A stretch of 64,000 nucleotides of DNA, from assembly GCA_963696385.1 (NCBI GenBank), contig CAVOKF010000003.1, forward strand, positions 608,001 to 672,000, read 5' to 3'. The translations under genes were made by a program, and so were the position numbers. The notes under the pieces are model-generated. The model was not told where the DNA came from. It saw only the letters and a list, made by a program, of their open reading frames with translations, and searched no databases. How positions within the stretch are numbered: position 1 is the first letter of the stretch; every line of letters starts with the position of its first letter. The DNA is from an uncultured delta proteobacterium (GTDB taxonomy: Bacteria; Myxococcota_A; Polyangia; Polyangiales; Polyangiaceae). Positions 30,661 through 41,278 of this stretch are shown piece by piece.

Positions 30661-31557
30661 ATGGCGCAATCACCCCGACTTGACTTCGAGTCTTTCGTCG
30701 CTCAGAAGCGGGCCGAGCGATCCGGCGGTGGCGCCGGCACGACGGGTCACGACTACACGTATACGTTCGACCGACAGTCGCGCATCGCCTTCGAAAATAC
30801 GAAGCCCGTGGCTCTCGCGGTCGAGGCCAGCGTGCGGATCTTCAAGCAGATCGGCAAGCACCAGCTGCTCGGCCATGCGGTCAAAGTGAGCGAACGCCAA
30901 TTTTCGAACATCTACCGGATCACCAAGACGGCGTCGGACACCCTTCAAATCCCGATGCCGCAGGTGTTCGTGGTCAACAGCCCGACGTTCAACGCTGGAA
31001 CGCTGGGCACGAACGAAGACTCGTTTGTCATGGTCCACTCGGCCCTCGTCGACCAGTACTCGGACGAGGAACTCCTCGCGGTGATTGGCCACGAATGCGG
31101 ACACATTCACAATTCGCACGTCGCCTACCTGACCGCACTCCACTACCTCACGTACATGGCGGGAATGTTCATGCCGTGGATCCTGCAACCCGCCCTGGTC
31201 GCCCTTCGCACCTGGTCTCGGCGCGCCGAGATCACGTGCGACCGCGCGGGAATGCTCGTCGCCAGCGACGCCTCGGCGGCCGAGCGCGCGATCACCAAGC
31301 TCGCGGTCGGGTCACGCAAGCTCTACGAAGAATTCAACGTCGACGCTTTCATCGAACAGCACGAAGAAGGAAGCCACGGCATCGGAAAGTACATGGAAAT
31401 GTTCGCCACACACCCTTGGCTCCCCAAGCGCGTGCTCGCCATGCGCGTTTTCGGCGAGAGCGATCTCTATCGATCGGCGGTCGGCCTTGCGCCGAACGGA
31501 CTCAGCATGAGCGACGTCGATTGCCGCGTGGCCGGGCTTCTGAAGGGCGAGGCGTGA
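30661..31557 (+). CDS. M48-family zinc metallopeptidase
   Basis: FNAGT, HECGH (HExxH), WSRRAEITCDRAG and THP...R. ATG 30661 follows GGAG. Confidence 0.9.
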   Translation: MAQSPRLDFESFVAQKRAERSGGGAGTTGHDYTYTFDRQSRIAFENTKPVALAVEASVRIFKQIGKHQLLGHAVKVSERQFSNIYRITKTASDTLQIPMPQVFVVNSPTFNAGTLGTNEDSFVMVHSALVDQYSDEELLAVIGHECGHIHNSHVAYLTALHYLTYMAGMFMPWILQPALVALRTWSRRAEITCDRAGMLVASDASAAERAITKLAVGSRKLYEEFNVDAFIEQHEEGSHGIGKYMEMFATHPWLPKRVLAMRVFGESDLYRSAVGLAPNGLSMSDVDCRVAGLLKGEA

Positions 31558-33353
31558 TGGTGTCCGAAAGCGGAGCGGCTGCGGATGCTCGGACGTTCGA
31601 CCGATTTTTGGAGAGGCGTGACGAAGTCGTCGCCGCGCTGCACGGATTGAGTGAAGTCGCCGCGGCCCTCGGGACGAAGACCCTTCGCGAGCGCGTCAAC
31701 CGCGAGCTCGTGCGCAAGCTCGAAGAAGATCGCTTCCACCTCGTGGTCGTCGGCGAGTTCAACCATGGCAAGACCACATTCGTCAACGCGCTACTCGGCC
31801 AACGGGCCCTGCCCGTCGGCGTGACGCCGACGACGGCGGCGATCCACCACATTCGCTGGGCCGAGCACCCCGAGGCGTTCGTCGTCCGCCCGAACGGCGA
31901 GCGTCACGCCATTGCCTTCGAAGAGGCGAAGCGCTTTTCCGTGGGCGGCGGCGCGGCGACCGAGGAGGTCGATTATCTCGAAATAGGCTACCCCGCGCGG
32001 CTCCTCAAAGAGCGCATTTTGCTCGTCGACACCCCCGGTGTTAACGACCTCGCGTTGCAGAGGTCCGACATCACCTACAGCTACATCCCGCGCGCGGACG
32101 CCGTGCTGTTCTTGCTCGATGCCGGACAAATTCTGAAGGAGAGCGAGCGGGTATTTCTCCACGACAAGCTCTTGAAGGGCTCGCGAGACAAGATCGTATT
32201 CGTCATCACAAAATGGGACCTGTTGTCGCCCGACGAACGGCGAGAGGCTTTCGCGTATGCGAAAAGCAAGCTGTCGACGCTCGTCCACAACCCCGTTGTC
32301 TTCGCGGTCAGCGCGGAGGCTGCTTTGGCCGGTCAAGCTGCCGAAAGCGGCTTGCCCGAGCTCGTCATCCATCTGACGCGGTTTCTCGCCGAGGAGCGGG
32401 GCCGCATTCTGCTGGACAATGCTCTGGGCGAGGGTTTGGGCGCCGCCGCGCTCCTGTCCAAAGGCGTGGACGCCTGTCGCCGCAGCATCCAGATGGAAAC
32501 GCAAGAGCTCGATCGCCGAATCGCCGCGCTCGAGCGCGATTTGGCGGGGCAAACGGGAACGATCGAACAGCGCCGAATGCAGATCCGCGAGGACGTCGCC
32601 GGCATCAAAGCGGCCACGCGCAAGGACTTGGATCGGTTCGTCGACGACGTATGCCGCCAGTTACCGAACGTCATCGACTCAGCCAAGCCTGAAGACCTAA
32701 GGCAGTTCCTACCGGCTTTCCTCGAGGATGCGTTCAAGCAGTGGGCGGAGCAAGAGACTCGCGAGATCGCTACGCACCTCGAGCAGCTCGCCGAGAAGAC
32801 CATCGCGTTGGTGCGCGACGACGCGCGAGACAGCGCACGGCGGGTCGCGGCGGTGCTCGGCAGCGATGCGCGACGGCTCGACGTTCACGTGGACACGATC
32901 AAGTACGACGTCGGCGTGGTTGCGCTGATGTTCGGCGGGGTCGCACTGATGGCCGTCAACTTGATGGTGGGCGGGGTGCTCGCCATCGCCGGCCCTGCCA
33001 TCTTTGCGATGTTCGCGCGCGGCAAGATCCATGAAGAATTCAAGAGGCGAGCGAAGGAGCTCGGGCCTGAAGTCATGCGCGAGACCGCGAAGAAGGTCGG
33101 CCCCAAGCTGGATGCGCTCATCGAGGATTTCGCGCGCAAGCTGGACGCTTGGGTCGTCAGCGCGGGCGAGGAACTTCATCGCGAAGTCCTAGAGGTCCTT
33201 CGGGCTACCAAGGAGGCGCGTAGCGCGGGCGAGCACGACGAAGCCAAGGCCAACGCCGCCGTCGACGCCCAGGCCGCGTCGCTGGCAACGGTCACCGAAC
33301 GGATCGACAGCTTGCGTCGTGACCTCTGGCCTCTTAGTCCAGCGCCCCGCTAA
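31557..33353 (+). CDS. Bacterial dynamin-like GTPase
   Basis: GEFNHGKTT, GVTPTT, DTPG and TKWD; helical stalk with a hydrophobic hairpin (VGVVALMFGG...AIFAMF). TGATG overlap with the M48 gene. Confidence 0.9.
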   Translation: MVSESGAAADARTFDRFLERRDEVVAALHGLSEVAAALGTKTLRERVNRELVRKLEEDRFHLVVVGEFNHGKTTFVNALLGQRALPVGVTPTTAAIHHIRWAEHPEAFVVRPNGERHAIAFEEAKRFSVGGGAATEEVDYLEIGYPARLLKERILLVDTPGVNDLALQRSDITYSYIPRADAVLFLLDAGQILKESERVFLHDKLLKGSRDKIVFVITKWDLLSPDERREAFAYAKSKLSTLVHNPVVFAVSAEAALAGQAAESGLPELVIHLTRFLAEERGRILLDNALGEGLGAAALLSKGVDACRRSIQMETQELDRRIAALERDLAGQTGTIEQRRMQIREDVAGIKAATRKDLDRFVDDVCRQLPNVIDSAKPEDLRQFLPAFLEDAFKQWAEQETREIATHLEQLAEKTIALVRDDARDSARRVAAVLGSDARRLDVHVDTIKYDVGVVALMFGGVALMAVNLMVGGVLAIAGPAIFAMFARGKIHEEFKRRAKELGPEVMRETAKKVGPKLDALIEDFARKLDAWVVSAGEELHREVLEVLRATKEARSAGEHDEAKANAAVDAQAASLATVTERIDSLRRDLWPLSPAPR

Positions 33354-33356
33354 ACG

Positions 33357-33377
33357 GTACCCAGCTGCGCTGGGTAC
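33357..33377. terminator. Perfect 9-bp hairpin between convergent genes (possible bidirectional terminator)
   Basis: GTACCCAGC-tgc-GCTGGGTAC fills most of the gap between the dynamin and thrB stops; no U-tract. Confidence 0.45.
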
Positions 33378-33380
33378 GCC

Positions 33381-34349
33381 TCAGGTGTCGAGTGCTCGGG
33401 CGAGACCTTCCGGGCCGAGCGCCTGCAACGTTTCGAAGCGCATGAAGAAACGTCGCCAGTCCTTGACTACGCGGGGACCGGTCGAGTCAACGCGGAGGGC
33501 AAAATCGGTGATGCGCGTCACGGTGAAGCGCAAGGCGGCGAAGCACGCCTCGGCCCATAGCCCGCGGTGTTCGGCGTCCGTAAGCGGACGAACACACTCG
33601 TAACCGCGTCGCATGGCCGATGCCAAACGGGCCTCAATGGCTTGGCCGACGCACCAGGAGAGCACGGTGACCATCAAGTCGTAGGCGAGCGGCCCAGAGC
33701 ACGCGCTTTCGAAGTCCAGCAACGCGGCGATATTTCCGGACGCGTCCCAGAGCACGTTGTCACGAAAGAGATCCCCGTGCGTCATGGCGACCGGCAGCGT
33801 TCGATCGCGCGCGCCATGAGCTCGTCCGAGCGCACCGCGCAGCATCGGAACGAGGCCCGCCAGTGCGGCGTCGCCGCTGCGCGCCACGCCGTCCAACCTG
33901 ACAAGCAGATCCTCGTAGCGGAACCGCCCAGGGCCGCACCGCTCCGCCGCGCCCGCAACGTGCACCCTCGCGAGCGCCTCCCCAACTCGGTGCGCGTCTT
34001 CCGGCGTCACCGAACGCTGACAGCGCATCGTGCCGTCTCTCCACGGGAAAAGAGCGGCCGGCTTGCCGGCGACCACCGAGACGAGATCGCCGTCCAGTCG
34101 CCGAAGCGGGGCCGGCGTCGGCACACGCGCGGAAGCAAGCCTTTCGAGCATGGTTGCCTCCCGCACAGCACCCGCTAAGTCTTGCTCCTCGTACAGCCGA
34201 AGAAACCACCGTCGCCCACCGGCGTCGAGAGCAAAATTCGAGTTGACACTGCCTGCTGCAACCCCCACGAGCCTGCGCAGATCGCCGACGCCGTAGCCCG
34301 CGACCAATGCACGTGCGTCGTCGTCCGAGATGCGCGTGAGGACTGCCAT
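33381..34349 (-). CDS. thrB: Homoserine kinase type II (APH fold)
   Basis: MAVLT, GSVNSNF, HGDLFRDNVL, LLDF, ALRF...R and KDW. Confidence 0.88.
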   Translation of the reverse strand: MAVLTRISDDDARALVAGYGVGDLRRLVGVAAGSVNSNFALDAGGRRWFLRLYEEQDLAGAVREATMLERLASARVPTPAPLRRLDGDLVSVVAGKPAALFPWRDGTMRCQRSVTPEDAHRVGEALARVHVAGAAERCGPGRFRYEDLLVRLDGVARSGDAALAGLVPMLRGALGRAHGARDRTLPVAMTHGDLFRDNVLWDASGNIAALLDFESACSGPLAYDLMVTVLSWCVGQAIEARLASAMRRGYECVRPLTDAEHRGLWAEACFAALRFTVTRITDFALRVDSTGPRVVKDWRRFFMRFETLQALGPEGLARALDT

Positions 34350-34634
34350 GGAGGCCCGATGCTAGTCCGCCGAACGAACTCGCGAACCCAAGATGCGGTG
34401 GGAAGGTACGGCTGAGCTGAATGTGGGACCCGGCCCTTTTCGGATCGAGCGGCCTCACCCCGCGCGCCGCAGCGTGCCGACGCATTTCAGTCAAGAGTGG
34501 ACGCATGGCGCTCGACTCTGGTAAACGGCCAAGGCGTTTGGCCCGTGTCACCCCGCTGAGACGACCGAGCGAAGCGAGGGGAGACGGGCGCGGACTGAGA
34601 ATTTTTTCAAGGTTTTGCCCGAACCGAGACCGAT

Positions 34635-35270
34635 ATGGCCAAGACGAAGAAGGCGCCGGTGACCAAGGCGGGATCCATCAAGCCGCCCGCATCGACGAAG
34701 CCCGCGCCCACCAAGGGCGGGGCTGGGAAAGAGGACACCGGGCCGTCCAAGCGCAAACTTGGGCTACGCGGTGCAGCGCCATGGGCCGCGCGCCACGCCG
34801 CAAAGCATGCGGCGGAGGCGCGTGCACGCGCGGCTGAGCCTCCGCTGCCCGGGAGTGCGCGAGCCACGATCCGGACGCCCGCCGACGCCGAAGACATCAA
34901 GGAGAAAGTTCGAGATCTGCACGCAGCCCTCGCCCAGATTAAGGCGCTGCGGAAGAACCTCTCCAAGACATTTTTCGATATCGGGGTGGTCTTGAAGACG
35001 ATCGAGACACGCAAGCTCTTTGAAGCCAAGCGATTCCCGTCGTTCGAATCCTTCGTCGAGCGCGAAATCGACTTGGGCAAGACAACCGCGCTGCGACTCG
35101 TCCGGATCGTCGGCCTCTTCCAGAGAGAAGGCGCGTTGGAAGTCGGCATGGACCGTCTCTTCACGGCGATGGCCGCCATCGACTCCACGAACGACGGCGA
35201 CCTCGCACGCGTGCCGCCACCTCCCGTTTCCGCGACAGCGCTTCCTCTCAGGCCGCCCGGGCGACAGTGA
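34635..35270 (+). CDS. Hypothetical basic protein: Lys/Pro/Ala-rich N-terminus plus a helical putative DNA-binding domain
   Basis: MAKTKKAPVTKAGSIKPPASTKPAPTK..., then FFDIGVVLKTIETRKLFEAKRFPSFESFVEREIDLGKTTALRLVRI. Confidence 0.75.
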   Translation: MAKTKKAPVTKAGSIKPPASTKPAPTKGGAGKEDTGPSKRKLGLRGAAPWAARHAAKHAAEARARAAEPPLPGSARATIRTPADAEDIKEKVRDLHAALAQIKALRKNLSKTFFDIGVVLKTIETRKLFEAKRFPSFESFVEREIDLGKTTALRLVRIVGLFQREGALEVGMDRLFTAMAAIDSTNDGDLARVPPPPVSATALPLRPPGRQ

Positions 35271-35334
35271 TCGGCCCACACGCACGAGCACCGGCACGCC
35301 GCGCGTCCCCGTCGCCCGCCGACTCCGATGACGG

Positions 35335-36909
35335 TCACCGGCCGCGCGGCAAAGTCACCGTCGCCCGTGTGCCCACGCCCCGCTCGCTATCGATTCGCAC
35401 TTCTCCACCGTGCTGATCAACGATTTTTCGGACGATGGACAAGCCGAGCCCGGTACCGGCTTCCTTGGTCGTAAAGAATGGGTCGAAAACCTGTGCCAGC
35501 GCAGATGGTTCGATCCCTGCGCCCGTATCGTCGACGACGAGCTGGATCCGATCGCCGTCATAGAAGGCGCGAACGCGCAGAATACCGCCCTCCTTCATGG
35601 CCTCGAGCGAGTTCATGACAAGGTTCAGCACGACTTGCTTGAGCTTCTCGGCATCCCCGAGCAAGACACACTCGCTCTTGGGGTCGCGCTCGATGACGAC
35701 ACCTCGGGCGGAAGCCGAACCCTGCTCGAGGTCCAGCACGCCTTCGATGAGCTCACCGAGATGCACCAGTTCGCTCGCGATCCCCCTTGGGCGCGCCAGG
35801 TCCAGGAACTCCGTCAGCAACCGGCTGAGCCGGCCCACTTCATCCCCGACGATTTTTGCTTTGCCGCGCAGTGCCGATCGGAACTCATCGTCGACCGGAA
35901 GCTTGTCGATTTGGCGGCCCAGCACATGCAGCTGCAGGACAGCGGCGTTCAGCGGGTTCCGAATCTCGTGCGCCAAATTCATCGCGAGACGGGCCATGGC
36001 TGAGAGGGCCTCGGCGTCCGCCGCCCTCTTCTCCAGCGCGCGCCGCTCTGTGACATCGATTCCGAACCCATAGAGAAGCGCCGGTTCGTCTCCACCGCCT
36101 CGCGCCATGGAGAAATGCCATCGGACGCGACGCCGTACGGGCGCGTCGTGCCCCTCCCACGAGCGAGCGTGAACCGAGGGGCTCGATGAAGCCGCTGCGA
36201 TGATCGCCGACGGATCGACGAAACCGGTCTCGACCTCTTGCGTTCGTCCGGCGCGAGCCAAAGCGATGGTCTCGCGCATTCGTAGGCGATCCTCGTCGGG
36301 GATCCAGCTATCGACGAAGGGCCGGCCGGCCGCCGCGCTCGGCTCAACGCCCGCGATCATCGACGCTTTTCGATTGAAGAGCGCTACGCGGTCGGTGGTG
36401 TCGAGGCCCACGACCAGAACGTCGGTAAGGTCCACCAGCGCTCGGTAACGTCGTTCGAGCTCTTCACGCTCGCGCGCCAGGCGTACCTTTGCCAGCGCTT
36501 GCTCTACGGTCGAGACGAGCTCCTCGGGGCGGAACGACTTGGGCACGAAGGCATATGCGCCCGATCGGAGCGCGCCCATGGCCGCAGCCATAGTCGCGAA
36601 CCCGGTGATCAGGATGACTTCGCCAAACGGGCATCGCTCCCGCAGCCGCGCAATGAGGTCGACGCCGCTCATGTCGGGCAGCTTCACGTCGACAATCGCC
36701 ACTTCGAAGCCGCGGGTCTTCGCAATAGCGAGTCCCTCGTCGCCTCGAGACGCCGTCACGACCTCGATCGCGTTGGATGCGGCGCTCCCGTCCGAAAGCT
36801 CCGCCGCCATCAATGCGGCGTGCAGGGAGCCCACGAGCTCCACGTTGTCATCGACGATGAGCACTCGAGCGCGCGCCGAAGGAGCGTGCGGAAGGCGGAC
36901 GAGCGACAC
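35335..36909 (-). CDS. Hybrid REC-PAS histidine kinase
   Basis: Receiver (VLIVDD, DVKLPD); PAS region; LAHEIRNPL, DTGAGI, FDPFFTTK and GTGLGL. Confidence 0.92.
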   Translation of the reverse strand: MSLVRLPHAPSARARVLIVDDNVELVGSLHAALMAAELSDGSAASNAIEVVTASRGDEGLAIAKTRGFEVAIVDVKLPDMSGVDLIARLRERCPFGEVILITGFATMAAAMGALRSGAYAFVPKSFRPEELVSTVEQALAKVRLAREREELERRYRALVDLTDVLVVGLDTTDRVALFNRKASMIAGVEPSAAAGRPFVDSWIPDEDRLRMRETIALARAGRTQEVETGFVDPSAIIAAASSSPSVHARSWEGHDAPVRRRVRWHFSMARGGGDEPALLYGFGIDVTERRALEKRAADAEALSAMARLAMNLAHEIRNPLNAAVLQLHVLGRQIDKLPVDDEFRSALRGKAKIVGDEVGRLSRLLTEFLDLARPRGIASELVHLGELIEGVLDLEQGSASARGVVIERDPKSECVLLGDAEKLKQVVLNLVMNSLEAMKEGGILRVRAFYDGDRIQLVVDDTGAGIEPSALAQVFDPFFTTKEAGTGLGLSIVRKIVDQHGGEVRIDSERGVGTRATVTLPRGR

Positions 36910-36919
36910 GGGTGGCCCA

Positions 36920-38344
36920 TTACCCCAAATCGAGAAGGCGCCTCAATATGTCATTGACGAGTTGCGGATTGGCAGACCCTCTCGTGTGTTTCATCACCTG
37001 CCCGACGAAGAAGCCGAGCACGTTCGCCTTGCCCGCCCTCCATTGATCCGCTTGCTTGGGGTTCTCTTCGATAAGACGTCGACAAATGGCTTCGATTGCG
37101 GCCGAATCGCTGACCTGTCGAATTCCGAGCTCTTCGACGACTGCAGCCGCCGAGGTCGCAGTCCCTGCGATCTTCGCGTAAATTTCCTTCGCCTGCTTGC
37201 CGCTGATGGTCCCCCGCTCGACGAGATCGATGAGCTCGGCCAGTTGGTTGGCCGTAACCGGTATCTCCGCCGTCAGTCCGTGGGTTCGAACGTCTCTCAT
37301 GACTTCGCCCTGCACGAAGTTGGCAACCCTCGTGGCATGGCCGCTCAATGTAGCGGCTTCCTCGAAGAATGCGGCGAGCCGCGGATGGCTCGTGAGAACC
37401 TGAGCGGCATAAGGGCTCAGCCCAAGCTCACCCTCGAATCGCGCACGCTTCGCGCGAGGCAGCTCCGGCATCGTTAGGGCAAGCTCGGTCGTCAGGATTT
37501 CGTCGATGACGAGCGGCGGTAGATCCGGGTCAGGGAAGTACCGGTAATCTTGCGCCTCCTCCTTGCTTCGCATGCTGAACGTCTTTGCCTCGTCCTCGTT
37601 CCAGCCGCGAGTCTCCTGCGCGATCCTGCCGCCCGAGTCGACAATGGCCACCTGCCGATCGATTTCGTGCGCGATCGCCCGCTCGACGAAACGGAACGAA
37701 TTGATGTTCTTGAGTTCGACACGCGTGCCGAGCTTGGTTTCGCCCGCGGGACGGATGCTGACGTTGGCATCGCACCGAAAGCTTCCCTCCTCGAGGTTGC
37801 CGTCGTTCACGCCGATGAAGACGAGCACGTCCCGCATGGTTCGCAAGTACTCGGCCGCCTCGGCAGCGCTCCGAAGGTCGGGCTCGCCCACGATCTCGAC
37901 GAGGGGCACGCCGGATCGATTGAGGTCGACGACGGACATGCCTACATGGTGCACGCTTTTGCCCGCGTCCTCCTCCATGTGGACCCTCGTGATGCCGACC
38001 CTCTTGGTCACCCCTCCGACATCGATATCGAGGTGTCCCCCTTCGCTGAACGGTTCGTCGTACTGACTTATTTGATATCCCTTCGGCAGATCGGGGTAAA
38101 AGTAATTTTTGCGCGCAAAGCGGCTGTATTTCCGAATTTTGCAAGATAGGGCCAGCGCCGTCCGAGCGGCCATTCGAACGGCTTGTCCGTTGAGAACGGG
38201 CAACGCTCCGGGCAGTCCGGTGCACACGGGGCAGATCTGGGTGTTCGCCGGCGCGCCGTACGCCGTCGAGCACCCACAGAACGCCTTGGTACGGGTGAGA
38301 AGCTGCGCGTGCACTTCCAACCCGATCACTGTCTCGTAATGCAT
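36920..38344 (-). CDS. gatB: Asp-tRNA(Asn)/Glu-tRNA(Gln) amidotransferase subunit B
   Basis: IGLEVHAQL, RKNYFYPDLPKGYQISQ, MEEDAGKS and DYRYFPDPDL. Confidence 0.97.
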   Translation of the reverse strand: MHYETVIGLEVHAQLLTRTKAFCGCSTAYGAPANTQICPVCTGLPGALPVLNGQAVRMAARTALALSCKIRKYSRFARKNYFYPDLPKGYQISQYDEPFSEGGHLDIDVGGVTKRVGITRVHMEEDAGKSVHHVGMSVVDLNRSGVPLVEIVGEPDLRSAAEAAEYLRTMRDVLVFIGVNDGNLEEGSFRCDANVSIRPAGETKLGTRVELKNINSFRFVERAIAHEIDRQVAIVDSGGRIAQETRGWNEDEAKTFSMRSKEEAQDYRYFPDPDLPPLVIDEILTTELALTMPELPRAKRARFEGELGLSPYAAQVLTSHPRLAAFFEEAATLSGHATRVANFVQGEVMRDVRTHGLTAEIPVTANQLAELIDLVERGTISGKQAKEIYAKIAGTATSAAAVVEELGIRQVSDSAAIEAICRRLIEENPKQADQWRAGKANVLGFFVGQVMKHTRGSANPQLVNDILRRLLDLG

Positions 38345-38438
38345 CCCGCGGGTCGGTTTAGCACGCGCCGAGGCGAAGCCGTGGGGCGCCGCACGGGGGC
38401 CCGCCCTCGGTCCCTAGCCGCCGGTTGCCCCGATCCGG

Positions 38439-38732
38439 TTACCTACCGAATTGGAAAACCACCTCGCTCTGCCGGACCATGCCGAGTTCACCGCGCGCGA
38501 TGCGCTCGACGGCCGCCGGATCGTCACGGAGCTCTTGCACCTCGACGCGTAGACGCACAATTTCCCGACGCAAATCGTCGTTCTCTCGTTTCACGTCATC
38601 GAGCTCATTGTTCAGGCCCTTGAGTCGAGGGAGGCCTTCGGGCTCGAACACCAAAAGAGGCACCGCAACCAACGCCAACGACAAGATCGCGATCGGAAGG
38701 GTACGTTGAAGCAGGTCCGCGGGAGACGCCAT
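38439..38732 (-). CDS. ftsB: Septum formation initiator FtsB/DivIC
   Basis: TM helix, coiled coil and DPAAVERIARGELGMVRQSEVVF. Confidence 0.85.
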   Translation of the reverse strand: MASPADLLQRTLPIAILSLALVAVPLLVFEPEGLPRLKGLNNELDDVKRENDDLRREIVRLRVEVQELRDDPAAVERIARGELGMVRQSEVVFQFGR

Positions 38733-38792
38733 GGACGCGCAGGATCGCACGAGCCGGCTGCACGCGCCCACTTCTCGCTCTATCCTGCAAGC

Positions 38793-39434
38793 GTGACGTT
38801 GGAACTCGCTCGCCGGCTGCTCCGGACCGATGCCGTCGATCACGACGCGCTCGCCACGGCTCTGCTCGAGTCCGAGGCCCGCCGGGTGCCGCTGGCGACA
38901 GCTCTCGTTTCAACGGGGGCGCTCGACGCGCCACGGCTGGCGCGCCTCCTCGAAGGCGCCTACGGCCCATTCATGGAATCGATTGTCCCGTGCATGGCCC
39001 TCGTTCGGGCCCTTCCCCTGGGAATCTGCGAGCGGCTGCTCGCGGTTCCGGTCGGGCGCAACCCGGCCACCGGGGCGGTCGATGTGGCGTTCGTCCAACC
39101 GACCGATGGCCATGCGATTCGAGAAATGGCGTATTGGCTGCGGGCCCCCGTGCAAGCCGTGCGTACGACCCTTGCCGCTCTTCGGATCGCGCTCGCAAGC
39201 TCGAGCGACAGCGAGACCCGCACACCCTATGGTTCCATCCGGCCGTCGGCCACCGGCCAACCGGATCGATCGAGCCCGATCCAGGCGCTTTCGGAGCCGA
39301 GCCTCGCAGGACCCCCGTCTTCGGCGAGTCCCATCACCGAACGAGGACCCTTTCCCTCTAGCTCTGCCGGGCCGGATGCTGCGCCGGTTCCGACGATGCG
39401 TGGGCCCCTTGCGCGTCGAAACCCGGAGCGATGA
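38793..39434 (+). CDS. Stand-alone T2SSE_N/GspE N-terminal-like domain protein with Pro/Ser tail
   Basis: [14 protein letters not shown]...[10 protein letters not shown] pattern typical of GspE/PilB N-domains. Confidence 0.6.
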   Translation: MTLELARRLLRTDAVDHDALATALLESEARRVPLATALVSTGALDAPRLARLLEGAYGPFMESIVPCMALVRALPLGICERLLAVPVGRNPATGAVDVAFVQPTDGHAIREMAYWLRAPVQAVRTTLAALRIALASSSDSETRTPYGSIRPSATGQPDRSSPIQALSEPSLAGPPSSASPITERGPFPSSSAGPDAAPVPTMRGPLARRNPER

Positions 39435-39501
39435 CCGCGCGCGAGACACGAACCTACGGTATGGCTGCGAGCAAACCGCAACCGCCCCCCTGAGGTCCGC
39501 C

Positions 39502-41166
39502 ATGTCGGAGAACTCCAGGCTCCGCCGCCGATGGGCCGAGCAGACCCTAGCGCCGCACGAAGGCAAGGAACCACCGCGCCCCCGTGTCGCAAACCTGGCG
39601 GGACACGCCGATGCGGCCGACCTGTACGGTCCGGACGACCTCGAAGCGATCGCTTTCGATCCGTCGCGCGATCTCGGATTTCCCGGGGAGCCACCTTTCA
39701 CCCGCGGCGTCCAACCAAACATGTACCGCGGCCGGCTGTGGACGATGCGCCAATACGCCGGGTTCGGCACGGCCAAGGAATCGAACTCGCGGTATCGTTA
39801 TCTGCTGTCGCAGGGACAGACCGGGTTGAGCGTGGCCTTCGATCTTCCCACTCAAATGGGGCGCGACTCGGACGATCCGCGTGCACGCGGCGAAGTGGGT
39901 CGCGTGGGCGTTGCGATCGATTCGATCGAAGACATGCGCACGCTACTCGAGGCGCTGCCGCTCGACCAAATCTCGACGTCGATGACGATCAACGCCACGG
40001 CGGCGGCCTTACTCTGCCTCTACGTTGCCGTAGCGGACGAGCGAGGAGTATCCCGGGAGGCGCTCCGCGGGACGATTCAGAACGACATCCTAAAAGAGTA
40101 CATCGCGCGAGGGACGTATATCCATCCGCCCGGCCCGTCGATCCGCCTGATCACGGACCTCTTCGCCTGGTGCTCGAGAGAAGTGCCGAAGTGGAACGCG
40201 ATTTCGGTCAGCGGGTATCATATCCGAGAAGCTGGAGCCGACGCCGCCCAGGAGCTCGCTTTCACGATGGCCAACGGCATCGCATACGTCAAAGCGGCGG
40301 TCGACGCCGGCCTCGACGTCGATCGCTTCGGGGGACACATTTCCTTCTTCTTCAACGTTCAAAATGGCCTTGTCGAGGAGGTGGCGAAGTTCCGCGCCGC
40401 CCGACGCATGTGGAACACGCTCATGCACGAACGCTTCGGCGCGAAGACCGATCGCGCCCGAGCTCTGCGTTTTCATTGCCAGACCTCCGGAGCGAGCCTC
40501 ACGGCGCAGCAGCCGCTCGTCAACGTGGCACGCGTGACCGTGCAAACGCTGGCTGCGGTGCTGGGCGGCTGTCAGTCGCTCCACACGAACGCGTATGACG
40601 AAGCGCTCGGCCTCCCGACGGCGGAAGCGGCCACGATCGCCTTACGCACGCAACAGGTGGTCGCTCACGAGAGTGGAGTGGCGGATTTCGTCGACCCACT
40701 CGCAGGCAGCTATGCGGTGGAATCGCTGACGAGCCGGCTGGAGAATTTTGCCTTCGAGACGATCGGGCGCATCGATGCCATGGGCGGAATGGTGACCGCC
40801 ATCGAGCAGGGCTACCCGCAGCGTGAAATCCAGAGAACAGCGTACGAGCATCAGCTCGAGATCGAGCGCAAGCAACGCGTCGTCGTCGGAGTAAACGCCT
40901 TCGTCCAGGATGCGGCTCCGGTGCCGGTCGCGCAAAGCGATCCCAGCGTCGAGTCCAGTCAAATCGGGAGATTGAGAGCCATGCGCGCGCGGCGCGACGC
41001 CGCCGTTCACGCCGCCGCGCTGGAGCGAGTCGAGCGAGCGGCTCGCGGCACCGACAACGTCGTTCCTCACCTCCTCGACGCGGTCAAGGCGTACGCGACC
41101 GTGGGCGAGATTGCCGATGTCCTCCGGCACGTTTGGGGTGAGCATTCGGAAGCTCTCGTTCTGTGA
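39502..41166 (+). CDS. Methylmalonyl-CoA mutase large (substrate-binding) subunit
   Basis: [46 protein letters not shown] and QSLHTN; no B12-binding domain. Confidence 0.93.
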   Translation: MSENSRLRRRWAEQTLAPHEGKEPPRPRVANLAGHADAADLYGPDDLEAIAFDPSRDLGFPGEPPFTRGVQPNMYRGRLWTMRQYAGFGTAKESNSRYRYLLSQGQTGLSVAFDLPTQMGRDSDDPRARGEVGRVGVAIDSIEDMRTLLEALPLDQISTSMTINATAAALLCLYVAVADERGVSREALRGTIQNDILKEYIARGTYIHPPGPSIRLITDLFAWCSREVPKWNAISVSGYHIREAGADAAQELAFTMANGIAYVKAAVDAGLDVDRFGGHISFFFNVQNGLVEEVAKFRAARRMWNTLMHERFGAKTDRARALRFHCQTSGASLTAQQPLVNVARVTVQTLAAVLGGCQSLHTNAYDEALGLPTAEAATIALRTQQVVAHESGVADFVDPLAGSYAVESLTSRLENFAFETIGRIDAMGGMVTAIEQGYPQREIQRTAYEHQLEIERKQRVVVGVNAFVQDAAPVPVAQSDPSVESSQIGRLRAMRARRDAAVHAAALERVERAARGTDNVVPHLLDAVKAYATVGEIADVLRHVWGEHSEALVL

Positions 41167-41278
41167 GACTGTCGCCTAAAAACGCGCCGGCGCGCACCAT
41201 CGAGCGCGAGCGCGTCGTGGATGATACTTGAGACGGTCACGACACGCCGATCCCGCGACGTGGTAAAAAAGCCCTTCG

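Noticed and set aside
31095..31556. Apparent N-terminal extension of the dynamin ORF
   Set aside because: It lies within the M48 gene in another frame; the TGATG coupling at 31555-31559 gives the natural start.
38830..39501. Apparent 224-aa N-terminal extension of the first mutase in the 778-aa ORF
   Set aside because: It overlaps the more plausible 38793-39434 gene in another frame and looks like shadow sequence. ATG 39502 has a GAGG SD.
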